Notes: generated from the letters alone by a model not told the origin. Positions 19,033-28,413 are shown, counted from the stretch's first letter. The stretch: 64,000 nt of DNA from an uncultured Prevotella sp. (GCA_964511295.1 CAZEEP010000001.1:71022-135021), one strand, 5' to 3'. Translations and numbers: made by a program.

Positions 19033-21756
19033 ATGGCACACAACAGGAACTTCCTTGAAATTCCGAATATCAAAGTGAAAGCGACTCTGATGCTTGCCGC
19101 ATCGCTCACTTTCGCCGCGGACGCTATGGCACAACAAACGTTCAGCCCGGAAAGCGTGGTAAAGGCGTGCGACGTGGTACGCACAGACTTCGTCGCCGAG
19201 ACGGTAGGCCTCTACCAGGGCAACGGCGAGATGGGGTGCACATACGCGCCCCTGGGCCTGCACTGGCATACCGATTACACCAACAAATACGGCGAGACAA
19301 AGCTGGTGAACCTCAACCACAGAGTGAGGGCAAGGTATCATCACGACTACCTCGTGCCGCTGTTGCAGGTCTATTGGAACGACTTCCCCAACAAGTCGGC
19401 GGCTACGGGCATAACCGGCTACGAGCAACGGCAGAGCTTCTACGACGGCACCGTGGACACGCGTTTCACGGCAAAAGGCGTCACGTATAGCGTAAAGACC
19501 TGGTTCGACCCCGTCGAGCCAAGCCTCGGCTTTATCAACATAAACGCCTCTGAGGCAGGTACAAAGATAACCGTCGACCCGATGGAGAACCCGCAGGCTC
19601 ACTACAGCCAGAAGATGGTGCAGCAAGTTTCTCTTGCCAAAGAGGGCGACAACACCTACCGCGTGACGGTGAACTGCAAGCAATGGCAGCAGAACGGCAC
19701 GCACGACTGCTATGTCCCCCACAGCAGCGACGTATATGTGTCCACCAACGCCACGATGAGCGTGGAGAACAACAACATCGTCATCTCACTGGCAAAGGGC
19801 GACAACTATGTGTGCCTCTCCTACGGGAAGCCGGCAACCATAACCCCCAAGGCTTCGCTTGCCCAGACGAGCGGCTGGTGGCACGGCAAATGGGACGAGC
19901 AAGGCATGATAAGCGTGAGCGACAAGAATGCCGAGAACACATGGGTGCGCTCCGTAGCGATGTTCCTTTCCAGCTACGACGACAGAAAGAACGGGCTTTG
20001 CCCGCCGCTGAGCTTCTCTGGAACCAACTGGAGCTTCTACTATCCGCAGGACGTGAGCTACGTGCATCCGGTGTTCCTCTCAACAGGCAACCTGAGCATT
20101 GCGCGGTCGTGGATTGAGAAATGGGCTACGGAAATAGACGGGCAGCGCGACTACACCAAGCGCATTTACAAGCAGGACGGCGTGATGATACCGTGGGTGT
20201 ACCCTTACAACGGTTTCGAGGGCTACCATGAAGGCGGTTTCCCCATGCACACCTACGCGCAGATACACCAGGGAGCCTACTACGTGCGCATGGCGCTGCA
20301 AGTGGCAAACCTCGTAAACGACGCCGCATGGACTTCCACCTACGCCATGCCCGTGCTCAAGGGAGTGGCAGAGTTCTACAGCAACATCGCCACCAAGCAC
20401 GACGACGGCTATTGGCACCTGTACAACAACCCGTCGAGCGGACAGGACGAGTTTGGCGGCGACAACAGGACAGACTACGTGGACGTGCTCTACAGTGCCC
20501 AGTACGTGCTTCAGCAAGCCGTAGAGCACGGCATCGACCCCAACGGGAGGTATTCGCAAATACTGAAAGACGGGCTTGCCTTCCCTGCCCTGCTCGACCC
20601 CACAGGCAGCTATTACTATGCTTTCCTTGGCGGCGAGAACACTTTCGGCTCGCAAAAGCATCCTTCGCAGCTGAACGAGCTTATCGACGACCCTGTCTAC
20701 AGCAACCCTTCCAATCCTGCCATATTCGTTTACCTGAAGCGCAACGAAATGACTATCGACGCTTCTAAGCCCTTCTACTGGGGCTGGACGCTTGGCGCCT
20801 TCCTGCTCTCAGGGTCTCGTCTCGGACTGACGGAGCAATGGAAAGCCGACTGGGAAAACATGAGGAAGTCTGACTATGTGGACTCAGAATGGATACAAAG
20901 CTTCGAGACATCCACTCACTGGAACATGTCTTACTACAACATCAACAATGGTTTCATAGCCCAATCGTTGCTTTGCAACCTTGTTGATGACTGGTACGGA
21001 AGGCTGGAGATTGGCAAGTGCAACCCCTGGGAAGGCACCCAATACTTCCGCAACATCGTTTCGCAGCTCGGCGTAAACGTGAGCGGCACAGTGGACGGAA
21101 AGGACTACGACGTGATGCTCACGGCGTGGAAAGACTGCTCTTTCAAGCTGTACGACCAAGAGGTCAATCTGAAGAAAGGCGAAAGCAAGAGGTTCAAAGG
21201 CACCGCGCCCGACTTCAAATATGACATCGTGATACCCGTAAACTATAGTCTGGAGGCCGAAAAGGCCTCCTTTCAAGGCGGGGCGCGCGTGTCCTCTGAC
21301 AACGACTGCTCCGGCGGCGCAAGGCTGGGCTATCTCGGCAAGGGGGCTACCGTTACGTTCAACTATGACGCTAAAAAAAAAGGACTGTATGACCTTACGC
21401 TGTTTTACATGACGAGCAACGACCGCTTTTTCGAGATAAATGTCAACGGCGGCGAGACCATCACCACGCCAAGCCTCAACAGCGGAGGCTGGAACGGCAA
21501 CTCGGCAGGCAGATACACTCTGCAAATAGAGTTGCAGGAGGGGAACAACGAGATAACGCTCGGCAACGCCAACGACGACGCCCCAAACTTGGACAAGATT
21601 GAGTTGAGCTTCAACGAAAAGGCAACATCCATCAGCATCCCGACCCAAGACCAGAGGCGCCAGGCTACATACACCATTGGCGGGCAACGTGTTCAGGGAA
21701 AGCCATCAGCGCCCGGGCTGTATATTGAAAACGGGAGAAAAGTGATCAAAGAATAA
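19033..21756 (+). CDS. Multidomain glycosidase-like protein: (alpha/alpha)6-like catalytic region, CBM6/35-like module and T9SS CTD, 907 aa
   Basis: The central region has a NPSSGQDEFGG motif resembling the TGPDEY catalytic motif of GH65 / clan GH-L enzymes. The C-terminal LEAEKASFQGGARVSSDNDCSGGARLGYLGKGATVTFNY..GLYDLTLFY..INVNG..GGWNG..LQEGNNEITLGN..APNLDKIELS fits the CBM6/35 pattern. The tail YTIGGQRVQGKPSAPGLYIENGRKVIKE is a T9SS CTD. The family assignment of the catalytic part is uncertain. Confidence 0.55.
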   Translation: MAHNRNFLEIPNIKVKATLMLAASLTFAADAMAQQTFSPESVVKACDVVRTDFVAETVGLYQGNGEMGCTYAPLGLHWHTDYTNKYGETKLVNLNHRVRARYHHDYLVPLLQVYWNDFPNKSAATGITGYEQRQSFYDGTVDTRFTAKGVTYSVKTWFDPVEPSLGFININASEAGTKITVDPMENPQAHYSQKMVQQVSLAKEGDNTYRVTVNCKQWQQNGTHDCYVPHSSDVYVSTNATMSVENNNIVISLAKGDNYVCLSYGKPATITPKASLAQTSGWWHGKWDEQGMISVSDKNAENTWVRSVAMFLSSYDDRKNGLCPPLSFSGTNWSFYYPQDVSYVHPVFLSTGNLSIARSWIEKWATEIDGQRDYTKRIYKQDGVMIPWVYPYNGFEGYHEGGFPMHTYAQIHQGAYYVRMALQVANLVNDAAWTSTYAMPVLKGVAEFYSNIATKHDDGYWHLYNNPSSGQDEFGGDNRTDYVDVLYSAQYVLQQAVEHGIDPNGRYSQILKDGLAFPALLDPTGSYYYAFLGGENTFGSQKHPSQLNELIDDPVYSNPSNPAIFVYLKRNEMTIDASKPFYWGWTLGAFLLSGSRLGLTEQWKADWENMRKSDYVDSEWIQSFETSTHWNMSYYNINNGFIAQSLLCNLVDDWYGRLEIGKCNPWEGTQYFRNIVSQLGVNVSGTVDGKDYDVMLTAWKDCSFKLYDQEVNLKKGESKRFKGTAPDFKYDIVIPVNYSLEAEKASFQGGARVSSDNDCSGGARLGYLGKGATVTFNYDAKKKGLYDLTLFYMTSNDRFFEINVNGGETITTPSLNSGGWNGNSAGRYTLQIELQEGNNEITLGNANDDAPNLDKIELSFNEKATSISIPTQDQRRQATYTIGGQRVQGKPSAPGLYIENGRKVIKE

Positions 21757-21775
21757 CATTTAACCAAGCAAAGAC

Positions 21776-24004
21776 ATGAGAAAAAGCTACTTATTAAGCC
21801 TGTTGCTTGCCATTTTGCTTGGCTTGCCGCCCATGCTCGTGCAGGCGCAAGGCGTGACAGGCTTCCTGAAGGTGTCGCAGCCGAGGCAGGGCGAGGTGGT
21901 CTTGAGCTATCAGCCGTCGAGGCTCGGCTTCATGGACGATATAGAGATAATAGTGCCGAAAGGCATAAACATAAAAGGCACAAACACCTACGTAAACATA
22001 ATAGGACGCGGAGAAGTGCCTCTCGACAGCCTGAGCAGCCAGCCGGTGGGCCGACATGGCAACAAGTCGGCTATCATGAGCGTAGGCTCCTACAGCATTG
22101 GCAAGTCGGCTAAAGGCAAGCTCCTCACGCTGCGCAACGTTGACCTCCGCCCTGCCAACACTCCTGCCGTCACGCTGCGCTTTACCAATGTCTCGCTCAG
22201 GAAAGGCAGCACAAGCAGCTTCAAGGCGCGCTACCTGCTCAGCGACAAATTCAAGATAGACAACGAGGCGTGGCGAGGCGAGGCATACGCCGTGGGCAAC
22301 GGGGAATGGTCGGCACAGTCGGAAGCAAAGTTTGTATACGGAAAACTTGACCCGGCAGTGACCCACAAGGAGGTACATGCCTCGGAGCTCGGCATCAAGC
22401 CCGGCGACGACTGCACGGCTCGGCTCAACGAGGCAATAGAAAACCTTAGCCGTAACGGCGGCGGCACCATAGTGTTCGGCGACGGCACCTACAACGTCCG
22501 CACGGTGAAGCTGAAAAGCCACGTGTGGCTGCGCCTCTCAAAAGGCACCTCCATACTGATGTGCGGCAAGGGTGACGCACCGGAAAAGACATGGTACAAG
22601 GACCATTCAGTGAATGCCGGCTCAGGCAGCCTTGACGCAACGCCGTATGACGACACCGACAACTACCTCGTAAAGCAGGACATGGGGCACAGCTTTTTCC
22701 ACAACGCCATGTTCGTGGCTGAGCGGCAGGAGGACATACGCATCGTCGGCAACGGGCGCATTTCGGGCAACAACTGGCTGAAGACGGGCAACGGCGAGCG
22801 CAACGACAAGATGTTCTCGCTAAAGCAATGCCGCGACATAGAGATTGGCGGCATATCCAACGGCCTTGACCTGTGGTATGACGAGCAGGCTGACGAGCCT
22901 TACTACCTGAACGCCAACGGACAGAGGGAGGGCGACACGTCGGGCATGATGCACATCGACAACGGCGGCCACTTCGTGCTTCTCGCCACAGGCACCGACA
23001 GCATAAGCTTCCACGACGTGTATTGCGGAAAGGCAAGCACCAACAACGCGCGCGACATCCTCGACTTCATGGAGTGCCGCTACGTGAGCGTCAGCAACCT
23101 CTACTCTAAGGTCAACGGCGACGACATCATGAAGATTGGCTCCGACTGCTCTCTGGGATTTACACGCAAGGCATGGCACTACATGGTGAGAAACGTCATT
23201 GGCGACACCAATTGCAACGTGTTCCAGATAGGCTCTGAGACTGCCGACGACATCACCGACGTATGGGTGGACAACCTCTACGTTCTCGGCACGAACAAGG
23301 CTGGTTTCTCCATTTCGTCAAACGACGGCGGAACCGTGAGCCGTATATGGTTCGGCAGCGGCAAGACGGGGACGCTGCGCCGCTCGCAATTCTTGCGCAC
23401 GCGCACGCCTTTCTTCCTTTCCATAGCCAACCGCGCCCGCGTGATCGGCTCCGACGCAAAGCCCTTCACATACAACGAGAACGGGATAGAGCGCAAGGAG
23501 CTGCTCGTGACGAACATCCCTATAGGCAGGGTCGAGAACATAAGCATACGGGGCGTTGACGTAAAGGAGGTGTATGCAGGCAGCTGCTACAGGACAACAA
23601 GATGGAAGCCATACAACGGGCAGGCTGAGTCTACGCCTATCATTGCCGGCTACAAGCTCCCGGACAATAAGGACGTAAAGGGCGGGCTGGGCTTCACCCT
23701 GCCCGACGGAGACATGAAGCGCGACGTGGAAAACGTCACCATAGAGGACGTGAACGTCACGCTAAAGGGCGGACACAAGCAGGAGGACGCCAACGCCATA
23801 CCGCCGGAGATGGGCTTTGGCAAGTTCAACATACGCGATTTCCTCGTACAACCGTCATGGGCGGTATGGGCAAGGCATGCCAAAGGGGTGAGAATATCCA
23901 ACAGCCGTTTCAGCACGGAAAAGAGCGACGGCAGGCCGGCTTTCCGCTTTGACGATGCCACGGACTGCGTGACAACAAACGTAACCACCCGCAATGGCGA
24001 ATGA
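21776..24004 (+). CDS. Pectin-lyase-fold (beta-helix) glycosidase-like protein, GH28-related, with an extra N-terminal domain, 742 aa
   Basis: Signal peptide. ELGIKPGDDCTARLNEAIENLSRNGGGTIVFGDGTYNVRTVKLKSHVWL (pectate_lyase_3-like). Beta-helix motif NNARDILDF..KVNGDDIMKIGSD, analogous to GH28 NTDGxD / DDxIAxKS. Confidence 0.6.
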   Translation: MRKSYLLSLLLAILLGLPPMLVQAQGVTGFLKVSQPRQGEVVLSYQPSRLGFMDDIEIIVPKGINIKGTNTYVNIIGRGEVPLDSLSSQPVGRHGNKSAIMSVGSYSIGKSAKGKLLTLRNVDLRPANTPAVTLRFTNVSLRKGSTSSFKARYLLSDKFKIDNEAWRGEAYAVGNGEWSAQSEAKFVYGKLDPAVTHKEVHASELGIKPGDDCTARLNEAIENLSRNGGGTIVFGDGTYNVRTVKLKSHVWLRLSKGTSILMCGKGDAPEKTWYKDHSVNAGSGSLDATPYDDTDNYLVKQDMGHSFFHNAMFVAERQEDIRIVGNGRISGNNWLKTGNGERNDKMFSLKQCRDIEIGGISNGLDLWYDEQADEPYYLNANGQREGDTSGMMHIDNGGHFVLLATGTDSISFHDVYCGKASTNNARDILDFMECRYVSVSNLYSKVNGDDIMKIGSDCSLGFTRKAWHYMVRNVIGDTNCNVFQIGSETADDITDVWVDNLYVLGTNKAGFSISSNDGGTVSRIWFGSGKTGTLRRSQFLRTRTPFFLSIANRARVIGSDAKPFTYNENGIERKELLVTNIPIGRVENISIRGVDVKEVYAGSCYRTTRWKPYNGQAESTPIIAGYKLPDNKDVKGGLGFTLPDGDMKRDVENVTIEDVNVTLKGGHKQEDANAIPPEMGFGKFNIRDFLVQPSWAVWARHAKGVRISNSRFSTEKSDGRPAFRFDDATDCVTTNVTTRNGE

Positions 24005-24042
24005 TTCAGCCCTTGCTTCTTAGGAAACAAGACGACATATTC

Positions 24043-24091
24043 AAAACGATTGCGCCGTAAACGAATTCTGTTTGCGGCGCAATCGTTTTTC
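24043..24091 (+). terminator. Rho-independent terminator after the beta-helix gene
   Basis: Stem AAAACGATTGCGCCG / CGGCGCAATCGTTTT around a loop centred on GAATTC, followed by a T-run. It also forms the first two units of the 22-bp CGCCG/CGGCG array. Confidence 0.7.
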
Positions 24092-24210
24092 ACGCACGGC
24101 GTATGTGCTCTGCATGTACGGCGTGCGTGTGTCGTATGTACGGCGAATGTAATATCCACGCGCGGCGTGCGTGTGCTGTACGCGCGGCGTGCCTTGTCCG
24201 TAAGCCGTAC
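24053..24210. repeat. Tandem array with exact 22-bp phase, CGGCG-core family (locus A)
   Basis: CGCCG/CGGCG pentamers start at 24053, 24075, 24097, 24119, 24141, 24163 and 24185. These seven units each sit exactly 22 bp apart, and a degenerate eighth lies near 24204. Example unit: TACGGCGTGCGTGTGTCGTATG. Confidence 0.8.
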
Positions 24211-24273
24211 AAACCATATTCGTACAAATGTTCTTGACAGCCATGCACTATTTTATGTTTTTTGAAAAAAATA

Positions 24274-24305
24274 TTTGTAAATATAGAGAAAAACGAGTAA
24301 CTTTG
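24274..24305 (+). promoter_or_regulatory. Bacteroidetes promoter (-33 TTTG, 20-nt spacer, -7 TAACTTTG) for the HTCS gene
   Basis: TTTG at 24274-24277 and TAACTTTG at 24298-24305. The annotated ATG lies only 5 nt downstream. The mRNA is therefore leaderless, or the true start is Met5 (24323). Confidence 0.5.
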
Positions 24306-24310
24306 TAGAA

Positions 24311-27300
24311 ATGACTCTAAAAATGCGCAATCTACTTATAAAAAACATAGCAACTCTCGTATGCGTGATGCTCGCACCTCTTGGCATAATGTCCGAAAAC
24401 GTGCGGATAATAAATTCTTCCAACGGGCTGTCAAGCCAGTCGGTTCTGCGGCTGTGCCAGGACTCAAACGGCTTCATACTTGCCGGCACCTATACGGGGC
24501 TAAACCTTCTCAACGGCTTCAGTTGCGAGCCGCTCGGGATTGGCATCGGCCCTTTCCTGACGGCAGGCAGCATAATAGACGACATTCAAAAAGGTGAAGG
24601 GTCGGACATTTGGGTGCACACCAGCTTAGGGCTTGAAAAGTTTGACTTGCCAAACGGCACCTTTGAATACCATCCCGAGATTTCCGGAACATTCCGCCTT
24701 GCCACGAACAACAACGGCGTTGTAGCCGTGATGAAGGACGACGGCAAGATACACCTGTACGACAAAGCCAACTCAAAGTTCGACTATACAGGCATAGACG
24801 CACAGGGCTACAACAGGATTTGCAACTTCTTTGTAGACAACTACGACTACCTGCACATCGCGTACAACGACTTCCACCTCTATGGGAAAATAAGCAAGGA
24901 CGGCAACGGCCGCTACACGCTAAAGGCACTGCGCAAGCAAAAAAAGTCGATGTCATCGGGCGTGAGGGGCACATGGTATAAAGACGACTACGTGTTCGTG
25001 CTTGACTCAAAATACAACATATACAAGTCTGACATCACGCAGAACAGCCAAGGCAACTTGCTGCCGTCGTTTGTTTACAACATTGCCGGCCTCGTAAAGG
25101 AACGCGGCAATGTGTCGAAAATCATACATGACGGCAAGGACATCATCTTAGGCTTTCAGCACCAAGGAGCCGTGAGGCTTAAGTTCCAGTCGATGAACAC
25201 CAAGGTTTATGCCGAGGAACCGCTGCCGGTAAAGGGCGGCGTGGTGGACATACTGAAGGACCGCAACCAGGACATACTGTGGTTTGCCACCGACGGCATG
25301 GGCATATACCTGCTCAACCACGAGAGCTACAGCCTCAAAAACGAGATATTAAGCAGGCTGAGCGACAAGCTCATATCGCCCGTGCGCTCGCTGTACCGCG
25401 ACAAGCAGGGCAACCTGTGGGTGGGAACGAAAGGAAACGGAATACTGCGCTATCCGGCTTACCAGCCTTTCGGCAGCCGCGTGGAACCACAATATATAAA
25501 CAGCAGCAACTGCCAGCTCGTGAACAACTCGGTCTACAGCTTCGCGCCAAGCAGCATGAACATACTGTGGATAGGCTCGGACGGCGACGCTCTGAACTAT
25601 TATTCATACGCCACGCAAAGCATTGAAACCCTCAATGTAGGCGGCGGCAAGATGTACAACGTGCATGACATTGTGGAGGTAAGCCCCTCGGAGATATGGG
25701 TGGCTACGGGCGGACACGGCGTCTTCCGCATATCGCTTGACTACAGGCAAGGCAAGCCCGTGGCACGCAGCGCAAAGCAGCTTTTCTACGACAAGACGCA
25801 TCCCGGCAACTCACAGTTCACGTCGATCTGCCGACAGGGCGACAGATACCTCTGGATAGGCAGCCGCAGCAAGGGCGTGTACCGTTATGACCTAAAGACC
25901 GGCAAGACAAGAATATTCAGCTTTGGCGACGCGAACCACAATCCCAAAAACGACATCCTCTCGGTAAAGGTGCTCGACAACGGCCACGTGTTCTGCGCCA
26001 CATCGGCAGGACTCATAAGGCTCTATGACACCAATGACCCGATAAAGTGGGAAGTGGTTGGAGGACAGCACCTGCATAAAGGCAACGTGGTCTTCAGAAG
26101 CGCAACCTCCATAGGCAACAGCGTGTGGGCGGTGACCTCGAACGCCATAATAGTATATAACGACAAGACTAATTGCCTGACAAGGCTGACTGCCGACAAC
26201 GGCATCAAGATTTCGGAGTTCAGCGACGGCGCAGCCTACTACGACCCAAGCACGGGCATAAAGTACTTTGGAGGAACCAACGGTTTCGTGGCGGTGTCAC
26301 GCATTGACCCTAACGCCCCAAAAGACTATCACCCGCCACTCTACTTCCAAAACATCTCCTTCGGCGACTCCATCATGGCGCTGCCGCATGAAAAATGCGG
26401 CAAGGTGAAAATAGCCTACCGGCACAACGACTTCGTGCTGTCATACAACACCCCCGACTATATCGACGGTAGCAGCTATTTCTTCCAGTATCGCTTCAGC
26501 GACAGCGAGCAGTGGGTGGACAACGGCAACCACAGGCAGCTGAGCTTCACCAACCTCGACTACGGCACGTACAAACTCAAGGTGCGCTACATCAAGGGCG
26601 GATACACCAGCCCCGAGTACTGCCTCGTCATACGCGTGCTGCCGCCCTGGTACCTCTCATGGTGGATGAAGACGCTCTACCTGCTGTTCTTCCTTGCCGT
26701 CGGCGGATACATAGCCTACCAATACCTTGCAAGGCAACAGGACAAGCGCCAGCGCCTCGTGAACGAGATGAACCAGCAACGCAAGAACGATGTATACACG
26801 TCGAAGCTGCGCTTCTTCACAAACGTAACATACGAGTTTTCAGTCCCCCTGTCACTCATCGTCGGCCCCTGCCAGCGCATACTCGGCATGAGCGAACTAA
26901 ACCAGCATGTGCGCCACTACGTGGAAATAATACAGCGCAACTGCCAAAGGCTCAACAAGCTCATCAGCGAGATACTGGAGTTCCAACGCATAGAATCCAG
27001 CCACAGGCAAGTGAACATATTAAACGTCAAGGTGTCTGACGAAAGCTTGAGCTTGGTTGACATGTTCCAAGTGATGGCAGAGTCGAGGCACGTGAGGTTC
27101 ACGACAAACGTGCAGCCCAACATAACGTGGAGCACCGACTATGACGCGTTTGTAAACATCGCCACCAACATGCTCTCCAACGCGTTCAAGAACGTGCACG
27201 AGTATGGGAGCGTGGGCATGAGCCTGACGGTAGAGGACGACTGCCTGGTGATGACGTTCTCCAACACCGGCCCCGCCATCCCGAAAGAGAAGTTTGCGAA

Positions 27301-28384
27301 GATGTTCGACCGCTACAACATACTTGACCGTATAGAAGGCGGCAAGGGCAAGGATGAAACCGTACTTGAATTTGCCATAAGCCGCGGACTCATACTGCTG
27401 CTTAAGGGAGAGCTGGGCATGGACAACCATGACGGCGTGAACGTCTTCACAGTCAAGTTGCCAAGACTGGAGGTGGAAAACAATAAAAACGCCGACAGCG
27501 CAATGAGCTACATGGGCGAGCCTCATGCCATCGTGGAAAGCGAGCTCAGGTACAAGCCCAAGAACAAGATTGTGGACGACAAGCCGACGATAGTGCTGAT
27601 AGACGACAACGACGAAATGCTGTGGTTTATCAACGACTGCTTCGAACAGGATTATAACGTGGTGAGTTTCCGTGACAGCCAGGAAGCGCTGGACGAGATT
27701 GTGCATTACAACCCCGAGGTCATAATGTCGGAGATAGTGTTGCAGCCATTCAGCGGCATAGAGGTGTGCCAACGACTGAAGCAGAACGTCGTCACGGCGC
27801 ACATACCGATAGTGCTCATCTCCACCGTCAACAACGACAAGACACGCATTGCCGCGATGGACGCCGACGCCGACGCGTACATACCACTTCCGTGTGACAT
27901 AAACTACATGCGCTCCGTGGTCAACAAATTCATGAAGTCGAACAAGACGCTGAAGAACTACTATGAGTCTTCGCTGTCAAGCTACGAGTTCGTGAACGCC
28001 AAGTTCATACACAAGGAAGACAAGGAACTGTTTGACAAGATGATGGAAATCATCAAGGACAACCTTACCAATCCCGAACTGTCCACACAATTCATAGCCG
28101 CAAAGCTTGGACTGGGCGTAAGAAACCTCTACAGGAGGTTACAAAACATTACGGACAAGAAGCCAAGCGCATTTATCAAGGACATGAGATTGGAGAAGGC
28201 GCGGCAGTTGCTCACAAAGTCGAAAATGTCGATGGAGGAAGTTTGTTACAATTCGGGCTTTGTCAACCGCGGCACCTTCTACAAGCTGTTTGCCGCCAAG
28301 TTCAACTGCACTCCCAAGCAGTATCATGACATGATGATAGGCAAGACCGAGGAGATGCTGTCGGACTATAGCGACGAAGATTAG
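24311..28384 (+). CDS. Hybrid two-component system (HTCS) regulator with beta-propeller/Y_Y_Y sensor, TM, HisKA-like, HATPase-like, receiver-like and AraC HTH domains; phosphorelay residues are degenerate
   Basis: Architecture read from the translation. The propeller repeats include GLNLLNG, WFATDGMGIYLL, LWVGTKGNGILRY and LWIGSRSKGVYRY. The TM segment is LYLLFFLAVGGYIAY. The H-box-like sequence is FFTNVTYEFSVPLSLI. The receiver-like sequence is TIVLIDDNDE..PEVIMSEIVLQP, and the C-terminal AraC HTH is ..EEVCYNSGFVNRGTFYKLFAAKFNCTPKQY. Confidence 0.85.
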   Translation: MTLKMRNLLIKNIATLVCVMLAPLGIMSENVRIINSSNGLSSQSVLRLCQDSNGFILAGTYTGLNLLNGFSCEPLGIGIGPFLTAGSIIDDIQKGEGSDIWVHTSLGLEKFDLPNGTFEYHPEISGTFRLATNNNGVVAVMKDDGKIHLYDKANSKFDYTGIDAQGYNRICNFFVDNYDYLHIAYNDFHLYGKISKDGNGRYTLKALRKQKKSMSSGVRGTWYKDDYVFVLDSKYNIYKSDITQNSQGNLLPSFVYNIAGLVKERGNVSKIIHDGKDIILGFQHQGAVRLKFQSMNTKVYAEEPLPVKGGVVDILKDRNQDILWFATDGMGIYLLNHESYSLKNEILSRLSDKLISPVRSLYRDKQGNLWVGTKGNGILRYPAYQPFGSRVEPQYINSSNCQLVNNSVYSFAPSSMNILWIGSDGDALNYYSYATQSIETLNVGGGKMYNVHDIVEVSPSEIWVATGGHGVFRISLDYRQGKPVARSAKQLFYDKTHPGNSQFTSICRQGDRYLWIGSRSKGVYRYDLKTGKTRIFSFGDANHNPKNDILSVKVLDNGHVFCATSAGLIRLYDTNDPIKWEVVGGQHLHKGNVVFRSATSIGNSVWAVTSNAIIVYNDKTNCLTRLTADNGIKISEFSDGAAYYDPSTGIKYFGGTNGFVAVSRIDPNAPKDYHPPLYFQNISFGDSIMALPHEKCGKVKIAYRHNDFVLSYNTPDYIDGSSYFFQYRFSDSEQWVDNGNHRQLSFTNLDYGTYKLKVRYIKGGYTSPEYCLVIRVLPPWYLSWWMKTLYLLFFLAVGGYIAYQYLARQQDKRQRLVNEMNQQRKNDVYTSKLRFFTNVTYEFSVPLSLIVGPCQRILGMSELNQHVRHYVEIIQRNCQRLNKLISEILEFQRIESSHRQVNILNVKVSDESLSLVDMFQVMAESRHVRFTTNVQPNITWSTDYDAFVNIATNMLSNAFKNVHEYGSVGMSLTVEDDCLVMTFSNTGPAIPKEKFAKMFDRYNILDRIEGGKGKDETVLEFAISRGLILLLKGELGMDNHDGVNVFTVKLPRLEVENNKNADSAMSYMGEPHAIVESELRYKPKNKIVDDKPTIVLIDDNDEMLWFINDCFEQDYNVVSFRDSQEALDEIVHYNPEVIMSEIVLQPFSGIEVCQRLKQNVVTAHIPIVLISTVNNDKTRIAAMDADADAYIPLPCDINYMRSVVNKFMKSNKTLKNYYESSLSSYEFVNAKFIHKEDKELFDKMMEIIKDNLTNPELSTQFIAAKLGLGVRNLYRRLQNITDKKPSAFIKDMRLEKARQLLTKSKMSMEEVCYNSGFVNRGTFYKLFAAKFNCTPKQYHDMMIGKTEEMLSDYSDED

Positions 28385-28413
28385 CGAGCCTTCAAACGGC
28401 TTCGCTCTGAAAC

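Noticed and set aside
17767-19722. A 651-aa minus-strand ORF, the longest unassigned ORF in the track
   Set aside because: It lies antisense to the GH28 gene and the 5' end of the next gene, both of which have clear family motifs. Its translation is low-complexity and rich in Ala/Val/His/Arg/Gly, with no motif. This is typical of spurious antisense frames opposite genes with a GC-rich third codon position.
24053-24210. The 22-bp arrays as CRISPR arrays
   Set aside because: The units are contiguous 22-mers with no unique spacers and are too short and degenerate for CRISPR repeats. No cas genes are nearby. They are also not coding repeats, because 22 is not a multiple of 3.
24041-24265. Small ORFs (67 and 71 aa) spanning repeat locus A
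   Set aside because: They are created by the repeat array and the terminator hairpin themselves. Their composition is Arg/Thr/Cys-rich, and there is no promoter logic.
26831-26833. The HTCS His-to-Tyr change as a simple sequencing error (TAC versus CAC)
   Set aside because: A one-base error could explain this codon alone. However, the receiver Asp-to-Glu change, the loss of the receiver Lys, and both degenerate ATP-lid G-boxes are independent changes. I therefore report the degeneracy as real, pending read-level verification.
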